Source of the DNA: a virus
Taxonomy: Duplodnaviria; Caudoviricetes
DNA length: 56,419 nucleotides
Virus record (IMG/VR): IMGVR_UViG_3300006802_000112
Coordinates: 1 to 56,419 of that record
Reading direction: 5' to 3' (one strand)
Of the stretch, positions 1-8,582 are shown in pieces. Numbering within the stretch: the stretch's first letter is position 1; every line of letters begins with the position of its first letter. A program made the position numbers and the translations under genes. The notes beneath the pieces were generated by a model, which was not told the origin of the DNA, searched no databases, and saw only the letters and a list, made by a program, of their open reading frames with translations.

Positions 1-530
1 AAGATATTATCTCAGAAGAACTAGGGGTACAACCTGTTAGAATTAACTCTTCATTAGTTAGTGGGGTATTGAGAGACCGTTTTTATTGGACTAATATACC
101 ATTCAATACTAATATCAAAGATAGGGAAATTAAATTATCTGACATTATTGACGATGGGTATGTTGATAGAGAAAAGGGTTTATGTCTGCTTGAGAGTTAT
201 TCTAGACCATTAAAAAATCCAGTTAAAATCGCTAGAAGGTATTTTCTATATGGATTTTGGCAAGTTATATTCAAAGACGAAGAAACTTATAATAAACTAA
301 AAGAAGATTATAGTTTAGCTCAAGAAGGTGATGTTAGGTATATGACAAACAAAGAGATGGAAAGAGCACAAAGTGTACCACCTGGATACACATCAGAGTT
401 AACAAGAAATGAATCAGCATGTCTCTTAGGGGATGGATGGACAGTTGATGTTATAGTTGAAATATTTAAAGGTATAAAAGATGAAGGTAATAACAGATTG
501 CAGTATTTGCAAAAAAGACTTTATGTATGA
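1..530 (+). CDS. C5-cytosine DNA methyltransferase, C-terminal part (5' truncated by window)
   Basis: Frame open from nt 3: INSSLVSGVLRDRFYWTNIP, ERAQSVPPGYT and LLGDGWTVDVI match late motifs of phage Dcm-like MTases. Confidence 0.8.
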   Translation, partial: DIISEELGVQPVRINSSLVSGVLRDRFYWTNIPFNTNIKDREIKLSDIIDDGYVDREKGLCLLESYSRPLKNPVKIARRYFLYGFWQVIFKDEETYNKLKEDYSLAQEGDVRYMTNKEMERAQSVPPGYTSELTRNESACLLGDGWTVDVIVEIFKGIKDEGNNRLQYLQKRLYV

Positions 531-657
531 TCCAAATTTGGACCAGGAATTATATAGAGAAGTGGCATGGGATTTCTATACGGGAGAATGTTGTTCGTAT
601 GAAGTTGTTTGTCAAGAGTGTAACGAAAAAGAAAAAAAAGAAAATGACAAGAATTAA
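481..657 (+). CDS. Small zinc-ribbon protein (58 aa, not in ORF track)
   Basis: MKVITDCSICK...VVCQECNEK; CxxC...CxxC; overlaps both neighbours. Confidence 0.55.
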   Translation: MKVITDCSICKKDFMYDPNLDQELYREVAWDFYTGECCSYEVVCQECNEKEKKENDKN

Positions 658-997
658 TGTTGGAATTCCCCCCGCCAATTTATCAACGAAACATTTGATA
701 GCTGAGCATAGGGAAATAAAAAGGATACCTAATGTTGTTAGGTCAGGTAGATTTAGTATGGATGGTCAACCAAAAGAATTTAAACTAGGCACAGGTCATG
801 TTAAGTTCTTTTATGATAAGTTGGGTTATCTTAAACATAGATATATAAGTTTGTATGAAGAATGTATTAATAGAGGTTTTAAAGTTACTAATTATATTAA
901 TGCTTGGGATGATATTCCTATTTGCTATATGGGTGAGTATAAGCCTACGGATAGAGATATATCAATTATTCTTCAACGTATAAAAGAAAGGTCTTAG
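644..997 (+). CDS. denV: Pyrimidine-dimer DNA glycosylase / T4 endonuclease V-like
   Basis: MTRIN...HLIAEHREIKRI...LGTGHVKFFYDKLGYL; the catalytic N-terminal Thr2 places the start at ATG 644, not 527. Confidence 0.92.
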   Translation: MTRINVGIPPANLSTKHLIAEHREIKRIPNVVRSGRFSMDGQPKEFKLGTGHVKFFYDKLGYLKHRYISLYEECINRGFKVTNYINAWDDIPICYMGEYKPTDRDISIILQRIKERS

Positions 998-1025
998 CAC
1001 ATTTTTACTATCATCAAAAAATATT

Positions 1026-1223
1026 ATGGAAAAATTAACAATAAATGTATTAGAGTTAGCAAGCGAACTAGCACATATAGAATTACTGAAAGATTGGTCA
1101 GAATCTATAAAAATATATGAAGATGAAGAAGCTTCTAAACTGACATATACAGAGGAGGCACAGGATTTATTTAATGAATACTATGATAAATACACAGATT
1201 TAATATTAACATGTAAATATTAG
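1026..1223 (+). CDS. Hypothetical acidic protein
   Basis: 65-aa ORF in tightly packed operon. Confidence 0.6.
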   Translation: MEKLTINVLELASELAHIELLKDWSESIKIYEDEEASKLTYTEEAQDLFNEYYDKYTDLILTCKY

Positions 1224-1232
1224 AAGTAATAT

Positions 1233-1484
1233 ATGAAAAGCATACAACATATAAATAAAAAATGCCCAAAATGTAATGGAGGCTTTAATGATTATCACTG
1301 TAATAATGGTGAAGAATATTTTAATTGCTACAACAAAAATTGCTCATTTTCATATAAAATAGAGTTTAAAAAAAATAAGGATGGAGATATATCAAAAAAA
1401 TATGATAAACTTAGTAATAGTATTAATTCAATAAAAATTGAGACTGTTTGGGAAAATAATAAAAAAATTGTTAGAGAATTATGA
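1233..1484 (+). CDS. Zinc-finger hypothetical protein
   Basis: CPKC...CYNKNC. Confidence 0.6.
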   Translation: MKSIQHINKKCPKCNGGFNDYHCNNGEEYFNCYNKNCSFSYKIEFKKNKDGDISKKYDKLSNSINSIKIETVWENNKKIVREL

Positions 1485-1576
1485 GAAATGCAACTAATTT
1501 AGCTGATTGGTCAAACCATTGGGACCATTTTAATATTGAAATATATTTTAGAATATTATCAATGAAACAAAGATAG
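1481..1576 (+). CDS. Tiny hypothetical protein (31 aa)
   Basis: ATGA overlap with upstream stop; MRNATNLADWSNHWDHFNIEIYFRILSMKQR. Confidence 0.5.
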   Translation: MRNATNLADWSNHWDHFNIEIYFRILSMKQR

Positions 1577-1597
1577 AAACATATAAAATTATAGTAG

Positions 1598-1702
1598 ATG
1601 AAAAAAATATTTAAAAAATTAAAATCTATTCATGAATATTTAAAATGGATAGATGAAGAAAGAATTAAAGCAATGATAAATTGTGGTAGAGGATTTAATT
1701 AA
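1598..1702 (+). CDS. Tiny hypothetical protein (34 aa)
   Basis: MKKIFKKLKSIHEYLKWIDEERIKAMINCGRGFN fills the gap in the operon. Confidence 0.5.
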   Translation: MKKIFKKLKSIHEYLKWIDEERIKAMINCGRGFN

Positions 1703-1714
1703 AATAAAATAAAA

Positions 1715-1921
1715 ATGAGTACAACATTCGGAGTAAAAGTAAAAGATAATATAGTTGAAGTAGCATTTCGTAGAAATGGAATGAGATTCATAAATGAATT
1801 AGCAGAATTACTGCCAGATGATACGCCTGTAATTCCTTTAGATAACACAGCGCAAGGGGTTTACACAATAGGTGATGTTAAAAGAGAAATTGAACAAATA
1901 AACCAAAACAAAGATGAATGA
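1715..1921 (+). CDS. Hypothetical protein ending QNKDE
   Basis: 68-aa ORF. Confidence 0.65.
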   Translation: MSTTFGVKVKDNIVEVAFRRNGMRFINELAELLPDDTPVIPLDNTAQGVYTIGDVKREIEQINQNKDE

Positions 1922-2103
1922 AGCTTATGAAAACTCCTACAAGTTATTGATGGGAGAAACAACCTATGATAAGTTAGCTGAAGATGGTATGTTCTTATTG
2001 CCAGTCAATCATGAAGATCCTTCAGTTACATTAAAGTATTTTGAAGAGATTGAAGATTATGAAAAATGTATAAAAATTAGAGATAAGCAAAACAAAGATG
2101 AAT
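1904..2103 (+). repeat. 16-bp direct repeat CAAAACAAAGATGAAT at two consecutive gene junctions
   Basis: Exact copies at 1904-1919 and 2088-2103; each encodes QNKDE of one gene and the ATG of the next. Confidence 0.9.
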
Positions 2104-2105
2104 AG
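1914..2105 (+). CDS. Hypothetical protein ending QNKDE
   Basis: 63-aa ORF; YFEEIEDYEKCIKIRD resembles a UVR-like helical motif. Confidence 0.65.
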   Translation: MNEAYENSYKLLMGETTYDKLAEDGMFLLPVNHEDPSVTLKYFEEIEDYEKCIKIRDKQNKDE

Positions 2106-2187
2106 ATTTGTAAAACCAATAACATGGTTTACTATATTTGTGGTATCTTGCTATATATGGGTAAATATTATTAAAATAATAATTTAA
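2098..2187 (+). CDS. Tiny membrane peptide (29 aa)
   Basis: MNRFVKPITWFTIFVVSCYIWVNIIKIII; starts at the repeat ATG. Confidence 0.5.
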   Translation: MNRFVKPITWFTIFVVSCYIWVNIIKIII

Positions 2188-2192
2188 AAATT

Positions 2193-2408
2193 ATGGGGAT
2201 ATTTTGCGAGAATAAAACAATATATAAATCAGGATGGTGGATTCAAGTTAGTCCACTAGCTAAAATAAATCCAGAAGAATGGATAGTTGCTATATATAAA
2301 AAAGGTAAGGCATCTTGGATTACTGAAGAATGTAAGGATGGATTTGCCGATCCTATATCAGCAAAAGAATGGGGAATTAGTTATATAAACTCTAAAAATA
2401 AAGTATGA
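2193..2408 (+). CDS. Hypothetical protein
   Basis: 71-aa Trp-rich ORF. Confidence 0.6.
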   Translation: MGIFCENKTIYKSGWWIQVSPLAKINPEEWIVAIYKKGKASWITEECKDGFADPISAKEWGISYINSKNKV

Positions 2409-2611
2409 ATGATGAAATAGTGACAGATAAAGGAACTTTTGAGTGTAAGTTAGAGACAGACTCAGAGAAGTTTTACTTAAATCGTAATCAATGTATGGCT
2501 TACGAAATGTGTATTGTAACAGATTTAAATGGTAATAAGATATCTAATGGTATGAAAGCATTAGATTCGTATTTTAAAAAATTAAGAAAATTAGCAAATG
2601 GAGGAGAATAG
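2405..2611 (+). CDS. Hypothetical protein
   Basis: 68-aa ORF, ATGA overlap. Confidence 0.6.
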   Translation: MNDEIVTDKGTFECKLETDSEKFYLNRNQCMAYEMCIVTDLNGNKISNGMKALDSYFKKLRKLANGGE

Positions 2612-2828
2612 AAGGCTATATGATAGAATGAAAAGTAGAAATATAAGTACATTACAGTTGCATAGAGTTCTAAATGAAATAGATATACATATACCTAAAA
2701 GAACTCTTCAATACTATTTAGATAGTGATATGCTTAAGTGTAAAGATGATAGAGTGCAAAAGGTTGCCGACTTTCTAATAAAATCTTTTGATGAAACAAT
2801 TTTAAATTTAAAAACAGTAATAGATTAA
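2598..2828 (+). CDS. Possible HTH DNA-binding protein
   Basis: ISTLQLHRVL...IPKRTLQYYL resembles an XRE-type HTH. Confidence 0.4.
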   Translation: MEENRRLYDRMKSRNISTLQLHRVLNEIDIHIPKRTLQYYLDSDMLKCKDDRVQKVADFLIKSFDETILNLKTVID

Positions 2829-2830
2829 GT

Positions 2831-2926
2831 ATGGTAGTATTTTGGATTTATGTAGTAATTATGTCTTACATTTCTATAGCGGTTATTGTCGCTGATTATG
2901 AAGAACAAAGTAAAAAACATAATTAA
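2831..2926 (+). CDS. Tiny membrane peptide (31 aa)
   Basis: MVVFWIYVVIMSYISIAVIVADYEEQSKKHN; stop abuts next ATG. Confidence 0.5.
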   Translation: MVVFWIYVVIMSYISIAVIVADYEEQSKKHN

Positions 2927-3331
2927 ATGGAATTAATAAATAGTTATCCTATAAAAAAATCAGATTTAGGATTTCATGGTAATTTATTTGGTGGTAAACT
3001 TTTGGCCTGGATTGATGCTTCAGCTGCTGCTTATGCAATGCAACTATGTGATACACCTAGAATGGTAACAGTAAGTATTGATCAATGTAATTTTGAAAAA
3101 CCTGCAAGAGAGAGTCAATTAATAAAGATATATGGCTTACCTACTTACATAGGTAACACATCTATAGCTTTACATATGGAGGCTAGAGCACACAGTGTTT
3201 ATACTGGAAAACAGGTTTTAATTTTAAAAACAGAGATAAAGTTTGTACACATTGATGAAGATGGGAATCCTATCCCCATAAATGATAGGGCTAGAAATAA
3301 AGTGAGTAATAAAATTTTAAAAAAAGAGTAA
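2927..3331 (+). CDS. HotDog-fold acyl-CoA thioesterase (YciA-like)
   Basis: HGNLFGGKLLAWID...VTVSID...F.KP...FVHIDEDGNP. Confidence 0.88.
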   Translation: MELINSYPIKKSDLGFHGNLFGGKLLAWIDASAAAYAMQLCDTPRMVTVSIDQCNFEKPARESQLIKIYGLPTYIGNTSIALHMEARAHSVYTGKQVLILKTEIKFVHIDEDGNPIPINDRARNKVSNKILKKE

Positions 3332-3450
3332 TGGATTTAATAGATAAAGACTTCGTTATAGAAGTATTAATGAGAGAAAATAGAATGCTAAAAACAATTT
3401 TAATAATAGAAACAATATGTAGTATTGCTTTACTAATTTTTATACTATGA
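3331..3450 (+). CDS. Tiny membrane peptide (39 aa)
   Basis: Overlaps both neighbours; C-terminal hydrophobic TILIIETICSIALLIFIL. Confidence 0.5.
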   Translation: MDLIDKDFVIEVLMRENRMLKTILIIETICSIALLIFIL

Positions 3451-3782
3451 AAAAACTAATTTTTTTGTTTACAACATTTATTTCATTAAATTTGTATTCC
3501 CAATTGGAATTACCTCTTCCGCAGAGTCATTATGAACAAGTTGGTCCATATTGTGATACCAATAAATGTGGTAGGTGGATAACCTATTATAAAGATGGTA
3601 ATATAGCAATGGTTGAAACATTTGATGAAGAAGGAAGATTAAAAGGGGAAAGATTCACATTTAGAACAGATGGTACAGTTAAACACTACACTGAATGGGA
3701 ATATGGTATTAAAGTAGGAAAAGAGATTTTCTTTGATGAGAATGGTTATCCTATAGAAGTTATTTATATTAAAAAAAAATGA
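3447..3782 (+). CDS. Secreted MORN-variant/YwqK-like repeat protein
   Basis: Signal peptide MKKLIFLFTTFISLNLYSQ; repeats GRWITYYKDG, GERFTFRTDG, GKEIFFDENG. Confidence 0.7.
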   Translation: MKKLIFLFTTFISLNLYSQLELPLPQSHYEQVGPYCDTNKCGRWITYYKDGNIAMVETFDEEGRLKGERFTFRTDGTVKHYTEWEYGIKVGKEIFFDENGYPIEVIYIKKK

Positions 3783-4162
3783 TAGTCATAAAAAAAGATA
3801 ATTACGATTTAATACTTAGCCATGATCCTAGTGATTTGTTTAGGCACTACAATGTTGAGGAGATGCATGGTTTATCCTTAAAGGAATCTATGAATCATCC
3901 TAATACAAAGGATAGTGCTTACATTTGTGGATTGTGTAATTATGTACCCAAAGATGATGGTATGTATGAAGTTGGAGATAGGATGTTTGTATTTATAAAT
4001 TTAACTAGATGTAATAATCCTATTGAAACATTTGGGCATATTATGCATGAGATGATGCACTTATCATTTGAATTACATGATTATGATATATACAAAGAAG
4101 AAGAAATGATAACATGGGCAGAGAAGGAGTCTCATGAAGTTTATAAATACATTGAAAAGTAG
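3779..4162 (+). CDS. Putative zincin metallopeptidase
   Basis: HEMMH (HExxH) plus downstream EEE. Confidence 0.55.
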   Translation: MIVIKKDNYDLILSHDPSDLFRHYNVEEMHGLSLKESMNHPNTKDSAYICGLCNYVPKDDGMYEVGDRMFVFINLTRCNNPIETFGHIMHEMMHLSFELHDYDIYKEEEMITWAEKESHEVYKYIEK

Positions 4163-4163
4163 T

Positions 4164-4466
4164 ATGGCTGAAAATAGAAAAGAGATATCTTTTAAAATTA
4201 AATTATTGATAATATTTATATCAGCCATATTGTTAGAAGCTAATAGTATAGCTGGAATGAGATTCCTTATAGATAATAATTATGTAGGAATGGCTATATC
4301 TGTTTTTATAACTCCCTTTGTTTGTTTACCAATGAACCACTTTACAATAGAGGTAAAAACATTAAGAGAGAGAATATGGATTGCGTGTGCTTTTTCTACA
4401 GGATTTACATTAGGAGTAATATTAATTAGACCATTCTTTGAATTAGAAGGTGGGGGGTTTTTTTAA
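4164..4466 (+). CDS. Membrane protein (3 hydrophobic segments)
   Basis: Hydrophobic stretches; likely start at ATG 4164, just after the upstream stop. Confidence 0.6.
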   Translation: MAENRKEISFKIKLLIIFISAILLEANSIAGMRFLIDNNYVGMAISVFITPFVCLPMNHFTIEVKTLRERIWIACAFSTGFTLGVILIRPFFELEGGGFF

Positions 4467-4482
4467 AAATATCAAGGTAGCA

Positions 4483-4557
4483 ATGCTAGTAATATACATA
4501 TTGATAATAGGTATATCATATTTTATTTATAAAAAAATTAAAAAACTAATAAAATGA
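4483..4557 (+). CDS. Tiny membrane peptide (24 aa)
   Basis: MLVIYILIIGISYFIYKKIKKLIK; ATGA overlap with the next ORF. Confidence 0.4.
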   Translation: MLVIYILIIGISYFIYKKIKKLIK

Positions 4558-4682
4558 AAGATTTTAATAAGAGAGTTGATGATTTAATTAAGATAGCAAT
4601 AGAAGTTAAAAAATTAGTGTCTACCAAACCCAATGATGCTGATTTAGGTTATGAAATAAGAAAATTAATTTTAAAGAAATGA
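4554..4682 (+). CDS. Small hypothetical protein (42 aa)
   Basis: Overlaps at both ends; PNDADLGYEIRK motif. Confidence 0.55.
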   Translation: MKDFNKRVDDLIKIAIEVKKLVSTKPNDADLGYEIRKLILKK

Positions 4683-5071
4683 GAGAAGAATTAAAAAAAG
4701 TAAAGGAATTCCATGAGGCATTTGGTTTAAAAGATAAATTGTCTGAATCCCCCTCACAAATTAGTAAATCAGATTCAGAATTAAGACATTCTTTAATGCA
4801 AGAAGAAAATACAGAGTATCTAGATGCTTGTAATAATAACGATATTGAGGAAATAGCTGATGCTCTAGGTGATCAACTATATATTTTATGTGGTACTATA
4901 CTAGCACATGGTATGGGGGATATCATTGTTAACATATTTAATGAGATACATAGATCTAATATGAGTAAACTTGATAAGAATGGTAAACCTATATATAGGG
5001 AAGATGGTAAAATCTTAAAGGGAGAAAATTATTTTAAGCCGAATTTTAAAAATATCTTGGATATTAAGTAA
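4679..5071 (+). CDS. MazG-like all-alpha NTP pyrophosphohydrolase
   Basis: EFHEAFG...LMQEENTEY...EIADALGDQLY...EIHRSNMSK...REDGKILKG. Confidence 0.88.
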   Translation: MREELKKVKEFHEAFGLKDKLSESPSQISKSDSELRHSLMQEENTEYLDACNNNDIEEIADALGDQLYILCGTILAHGMGDIIVNIFNEIHRSNMSKLDKNGKPIYREDGKILKGENYFKPNFKNILDIK

Positions 5072-5087
5072 AATTTTACTATTTTTG
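5057..5087 (+). promoter_or_regulatory. Bacteroidota primary-sigma promoter (-33 TTG / -7 TAnnTTTG)
   Basis: TTG 5057-5059, 20-nt spacer, TATTTTTG 5080-5087, ATG at 5091. Confidence 0.7.
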
Positions 5088-5090
5088 CAT

Positions 5091-5840
5091 ATGGAAAAAA
5101 TAATATTACCAAGACAAGCAGAGGATGGAAACTATTATATATCTTATTCTCAATACAATTCGTTTAAAAGTCTTAAAAGTTTTAATTTAGGAATAGAAGG
5201 CAAGCATGAATACATTAGAACATACTTCTTAAATGAAACTCATCCTGATCAGGGGTGGGCAGAATTTGGACAAGATGTAGAAGATTATATATGCTATGGG
5301 ACTCTAAATAAAACTAAGTTAAAAAAACTTGACAAGGAGAGAAGTAATAATAATCAAAAATTAGTTTCTGAAGTAATTAGTGGTTTCAATGAAGATGAAA
5401 AGAATACACTAAGTAAAATAGAACCATTAGGTAATTTTCAAGTAGAAGTGAACTTAAAGATACTACCAAATGTTTTTATAAAAGGTTATATAGACGATGC
5501 TACAAAGGATTTAACTCATATAAGAGATTACAAAACTTGTAGTAAAAATAGCTCTAAAAAATACTATGGTGATGACTACTACCAATTAGATATTTATAGT
5601 GCTTGGGTAAAACAAGAAACAGGAGAGTTTCCAAAGAAAGCGGAAGTCTGTATGATAGAAAGGAAAGGTAATTGCTTTGGTCTTGTAGAAAGAAGGGACT
5701 TACTTACAGTTGGTAATGAAGTTTGGTATAATGATAGAGAAATCTATAAGGATAGAGTGGATTACGTTGTTGATGATATAAAGAAAGTGGTTTCTGAAAT
5801 ATCAGATTTGTATAAAGTTTTTTTAAAATCAAATAAATAA
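5091..5840 (+). CDS. PD-(D/E)XK exonuclease (RecB/Cas4-like phage family)
   Basis: ISYSQY N-terminus, GYIDD...IRDYKT...YQLDIY. Confidence 0.8.
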   Translation: MEKIILPRQAEDGNYYISYSQYNSFKSLKSFNLGIEGKHEYIRTYFLNETHPDQGWAEFGQDVEDYICYGTLNKTKLKKLDKERSNNNQKLVSEVISGFNEDEKNTLSKIEPLGNFQVEVNLKILPNVFIKGYIDDATKDLTHIRDYKTCSKNSSKKYYGDDYYQLDIYSAWVKQETGEFPKKAEVCMIERKGNCFGLVERRDLLTVGNEVWYNDREIYKDRVDYVVDDIKKVVSEISDLYKVFLKSNK

Positions 5841-6100
5841 TGAGATTAGTAGCAAAATCAGAATGGTTTATGTTTGGTAAAGGATTCGAAGATGAAGTTG
5901 AATCTTTCTTAGGATCTTTTATCATAGAAAGAAAAGAGGTAAATGGTAGGGTGTCTTGGTATGGAGAAAAAAGACACTACGTTAAAGAGCCTAATTCAAA
6001 ACATTGGCAAGTTATAGAAGATGAAAAAATGTATAAAACTGATGAGCCAAAGTTTGAGAAAGCCAGAAGAGAATTAGAGATGAGAATAATAGCAAATTAA
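5840..6100 (+). CDS. Hypothetical protein
   Basis: 86-aa ORF overlapping the upstream stop. Confidence 0.6.
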   Translation: MRLVAKSEWFMFGKGFEDEVESFLGSFIIERKEVNGRVSWYGEKRHYVKEPNSKHWQVIEDEKMYKTDEPKFEKARRELEMRIIAN

Positions 6101-6116
6101 TTAAAATCCAAATAAA

Positions 6117-6521
6117 ATGAGTGAAGAAAAAGTAGATGCAAAAAAGTTACTAGAGGAATCTAGAAAGGAAAGAGAAGCTGTAAATAAAGTTTTTGATGAG
6201 CTTTTAGTTAAACTTAGTGAAGAAGGTTATTCTAATAGGGGTTACTCTTCAGAATCAAGTATAACTATGAAGGGCGAGTTGTTCGCAACATTCTTAAATA
6301 CTTTAACTTACACTAAAAACACATTAGAGAATATTGATAAGACACTAGAGGCTACTATTAGGTCTTCTGAGTTATTACAAAATAACTTTGCAAAAATGAC
6401 TATCCAATTAATGGAACAACACATAAAGAATATTGAAGATGGTAATACGTCAACAATGGATGAGTTGGATGCACAAGATTCTGAAAAGAAGATTAAGGAA
6501 GTAAAGAAAAATAAAAAATAA
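6117..6521 (+). CDS. Hypothetical helical/coiled-coil protein
   Basis: 134-aa charged helical ORF. Confidence 0.65.
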   Translation: MSEEKVDAKKLLEESRKEREAVNKVFDELLVKLSEEGYSNRGYSSESSITMKGELFATFLNTLTYTKNTLENIDKTLEATIRSSELLQNNFAKMTIQLMEQHIKNIEDGNTSTMDELDAQDSEKKIKEVKKNKK

Positions 6522-6524
6522 CAT

Positions 6525-7442
6525 ATGAATAGAAGAGTAAGAACCAAGAACGTCGAAGATTTATTATTCTTTGACATAGAGACAGTATCTCGTAATCCAG
6601 AGCCTATAATTGATACAAAAGAGTATGACTTGTATGCTTGGTTTATTAGAGATAAAGAAACAAATAAAATACCTGAGCATGATGAAATTGTAAGAAGTTA
6701 CAAAATGAATGCTGCTTTAAAACCGGAGTTTAACAAAATCGTTTGTATAAGTGTTGGTTTTGTAAAAGGTGATACAATTTATTATAAAGCAATTACAGGT
6801 AATCAAAAAGATATAATAGAAGAATTTTATTCTATTGTAAATGAGACAGGAAAACTTTTAGCGGGCCATAATATAATTGGATTTGACTTACCTATAGTTA
6901 GACTTAAGGCTTTTGAATCAGGTGTTCAAATAGGTTTGCCAGAGACTTTAAATGATTCTGGAGCAAAACCATGGACTATAGCTGAGAATCTATTTGATAC
7001 AATGGACATCACGAAGGGTACATATTTCAATAACATATCTTTAGATTCAATGTGTATGCTAGCAAATATAGATACCCCAAAAGATGATATATCAGGTAGC
7101 CAGGTAACCGAAACCTTTTATAAAGGAGAGATTGAAAGAATTGCTAATTACTGTAACAAAGATGTTATAGCATCAATAGAATTATTTCTAGCTCTTCAAG
7201 GAAATAGTGGCACTATAAAATATTACATTGAGAGAGGTGGAAAAATTGAAAATAGTCCACTAATTACAGCGATTGGAATGACTAAGCAAGTTAATGATAC
7301 ACAAAAAGCTAGGTTGCTAGAGGTAGCTAAGGGTTTAAAAACTAAAGAAAAGGAGAGGTTAGTTGACATAGTTAAGGCTTGTTTAGCAAAGAATAAATTT
7401 GAAGAAAGTGAAGAAAAGTTATTTAAAACTTTGTTAAAGTAA
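6525..7442 (+). CDS. DEDDy 3'-5' exonuclease (PolB-exo-like)
   Basis: FFDIETV, GHNIIGFDLP, IANYCNKDV. Confidence 0.85.
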   Translation: MNRRVRTKNVEDLLFFDIETVSRNPEPIIDTKEYDLYAWFIRDKETNKIPEHDEIVRSYKMNAALKPEFNKIVCISVGFVKGDTIYYKAITGNQKDIIEEFYSIVNETGKLLAGHNIIGFDLPIVRLKAFESGVQIGLPETLNDSGAKPWTIAENLFDTMDITKGTYFNNISLDSMCMLANIDTPKDDISGSQVTETFYKGEIERIANYCNKDVIASIELFLALQGNSGTIKYYIERGGKIENSPLITAIGMTKQVNDTQKARLLEVAKGLKTKEKERLVDIVKACLAKNKFEESEEKLFKTLLK

Positions 7443-7482
7443 AAAAGTACACCATGCCAATGGAGTAAGTCCCATAACACAC

Positions 7483-7520
7483 ACCCCCTAGCAAGTTTAA
7501 AAATTTGTTGGGGGGTTTTA
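7483..7520 (+). terminator. Probable intrinsic terminator hairpin
   Basis: ACCCCCTAGCAAGT-loop-ATTTGTTGGGGGGT (several G-U pairs) followed by short T tract. Confidence 0.6.
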
Positions 7521-7537
7521 AAAAAATATCTGATAAA

Positions 7538-7768
7538 ATGGTAAATGACGAAATTAAATTTGTTATATATAATAATAATATTACCTTAGATGGTGAAAGG
7601 TTAACTATAACAAGAAACAAAAAAGAAGTATACAATAATACGTTTACGGAAGTTGATTACGATTATAGTAATTTCGTTTTTAGTTGTACAGGTGGAGATG
7701 TTGTAAAGATTCCTAAGCTTGCTTTAAAAAAGTGTTCAATAAAGATTGATAATGGGGAACAAGAATAG
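7538..7768 (+). CDS. Hypothetical protein
   Basis: ATG 7538 lies downstream of the hairpin; the TTG start at 7505 lies inside it. Confidence 0.55.
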   Translation: MVNDEIKFVIYNNNITLDGERLTITRNKKEVYNNTFTEVDYDYSNFVFSCTGGDVVKIPKLALKKCSIKIDNGEQE

Positions 7769-8507
7769 ACCTACAAAAAAATTAACAGATGAGGATATTG
7801 AGGGGTTAGACGAGTATGAAAGTTTATCCCAAAAATCTTCAAAGATAGACATACTTAATAGATTAGATAAGTTTTTTAAGCCTAATCAAAAACAAATTGA
7901 TTTTATAAAAACTATAGATAAATCTATTATAACAATATGTCATGGTTCGGCTGGTACAGGTAAATCTATAACAGCTTTGTATAGAGGTTTACATCAGTCT
8001 ATAAAAGAGAATATGAGGCTTGTATTGATTAGGCCTATTTTTGAATCAGCATCTCAAGGACTTGGTTTCTTACCTGGTGAATTGGAAGATAAAATAGAAC
8101 CACATTTTAAAGCCTTTCAGTATACGCTTGATGAATTAATTGGTAGATCAAATACCAATGATTTAATTGAGTCTGGAAAAATAAAATTTGAACTATTAAA
8201 TTATCTAAGAGGTGCAACATTAAATAATTCAATAATTATATGTGATGAAGCACAGAATATGACAGTTGATGAAATGATATTAGCAACAACTAGATTAGGA
8301 AGAAGTTCTAAGATAATTTTTACAGGAGATTTTTATCAGTCAGATTTAAGAAAAGCTAAAGGTTCTATAATGGAATTTGGTGATATGATAAAAAGTATAG
8401 AAGGAGTTAATAAATTTACTTTTACTAATAAGGATGTAGTAAGAAATCCAATATTAGTAGAAGTTACAAAGGCGTGGGAAGAATACAAGGAAAAGAAGAA
8501 CTTGTAA
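7752..8507 (+). CDS. phoH: PhoH-like ATPase
   Basis: GSAGTGKS, LGFLPGELEDK, YLRGATL, DEAQN, TRLG, GDFYQSD, VVRN. Confidence 0.93.
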   Translation: MGNKNRPTKKLTDEDIEGLDEYESLSQKSSKIDILNRLDKFFKPNQKQIDFIKTIDKSIITICHGSAGTGKSITALYRGLHQSIKENMRLVLIRPIFESASQGLGFLPGELEDKIEPHFKAFQYTLDELIGRSNTNDLIESGKIKFELLNYLRGATLNNSIIICDEAQNMTVDEMILATTRLGRSSKIIFTGDFYQSDLRKAKGSIMEFGDMIKSIEGVNKFTFTNKDVVRNPILVEVTKAWEEYKEKKNL

Positions 8508-8530
8508 TTTATTAAAAAATATTTGTATGA

Positions 8531-8560
8531 GCCCCTTACAAATTTAGTGAGGGGTTTTTT
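8531..8560 (+). terminator. Intrinsic terminator
   Basis: GCCCCTTAC-AAATTTA-GTGAGGGGT followed by T run. Confidence 0.75.
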
Positions 8561-8582
8561 AACCTCTAAAATTAAAAGAAAT

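Noticed and set aside
527-643. N-terminal extension on DenV (likewise TTG starts at 8523, 7505, 5085)
   Set aside because: ORF-caller longest-start artefacts overlapping another ORF, a terminator or a promoter
4449-4470. G6/T7 run as a phase-variation or frameshift site
   Set aside because: Lies at the very end of a gene; both flanking ORFs read sensibly without a shift
5091-5840. Cas4 as part of a CRISPR system
   Set aside because: No other cas genes or array; no four-Cys Fe-S pattern; ordinary phage exonuclease
7443-7520. tRNA or other ncRNA in the GC-richer intergenic segment
   Set aside because: No cloverleaf or T-loop; a single hairpin explains it
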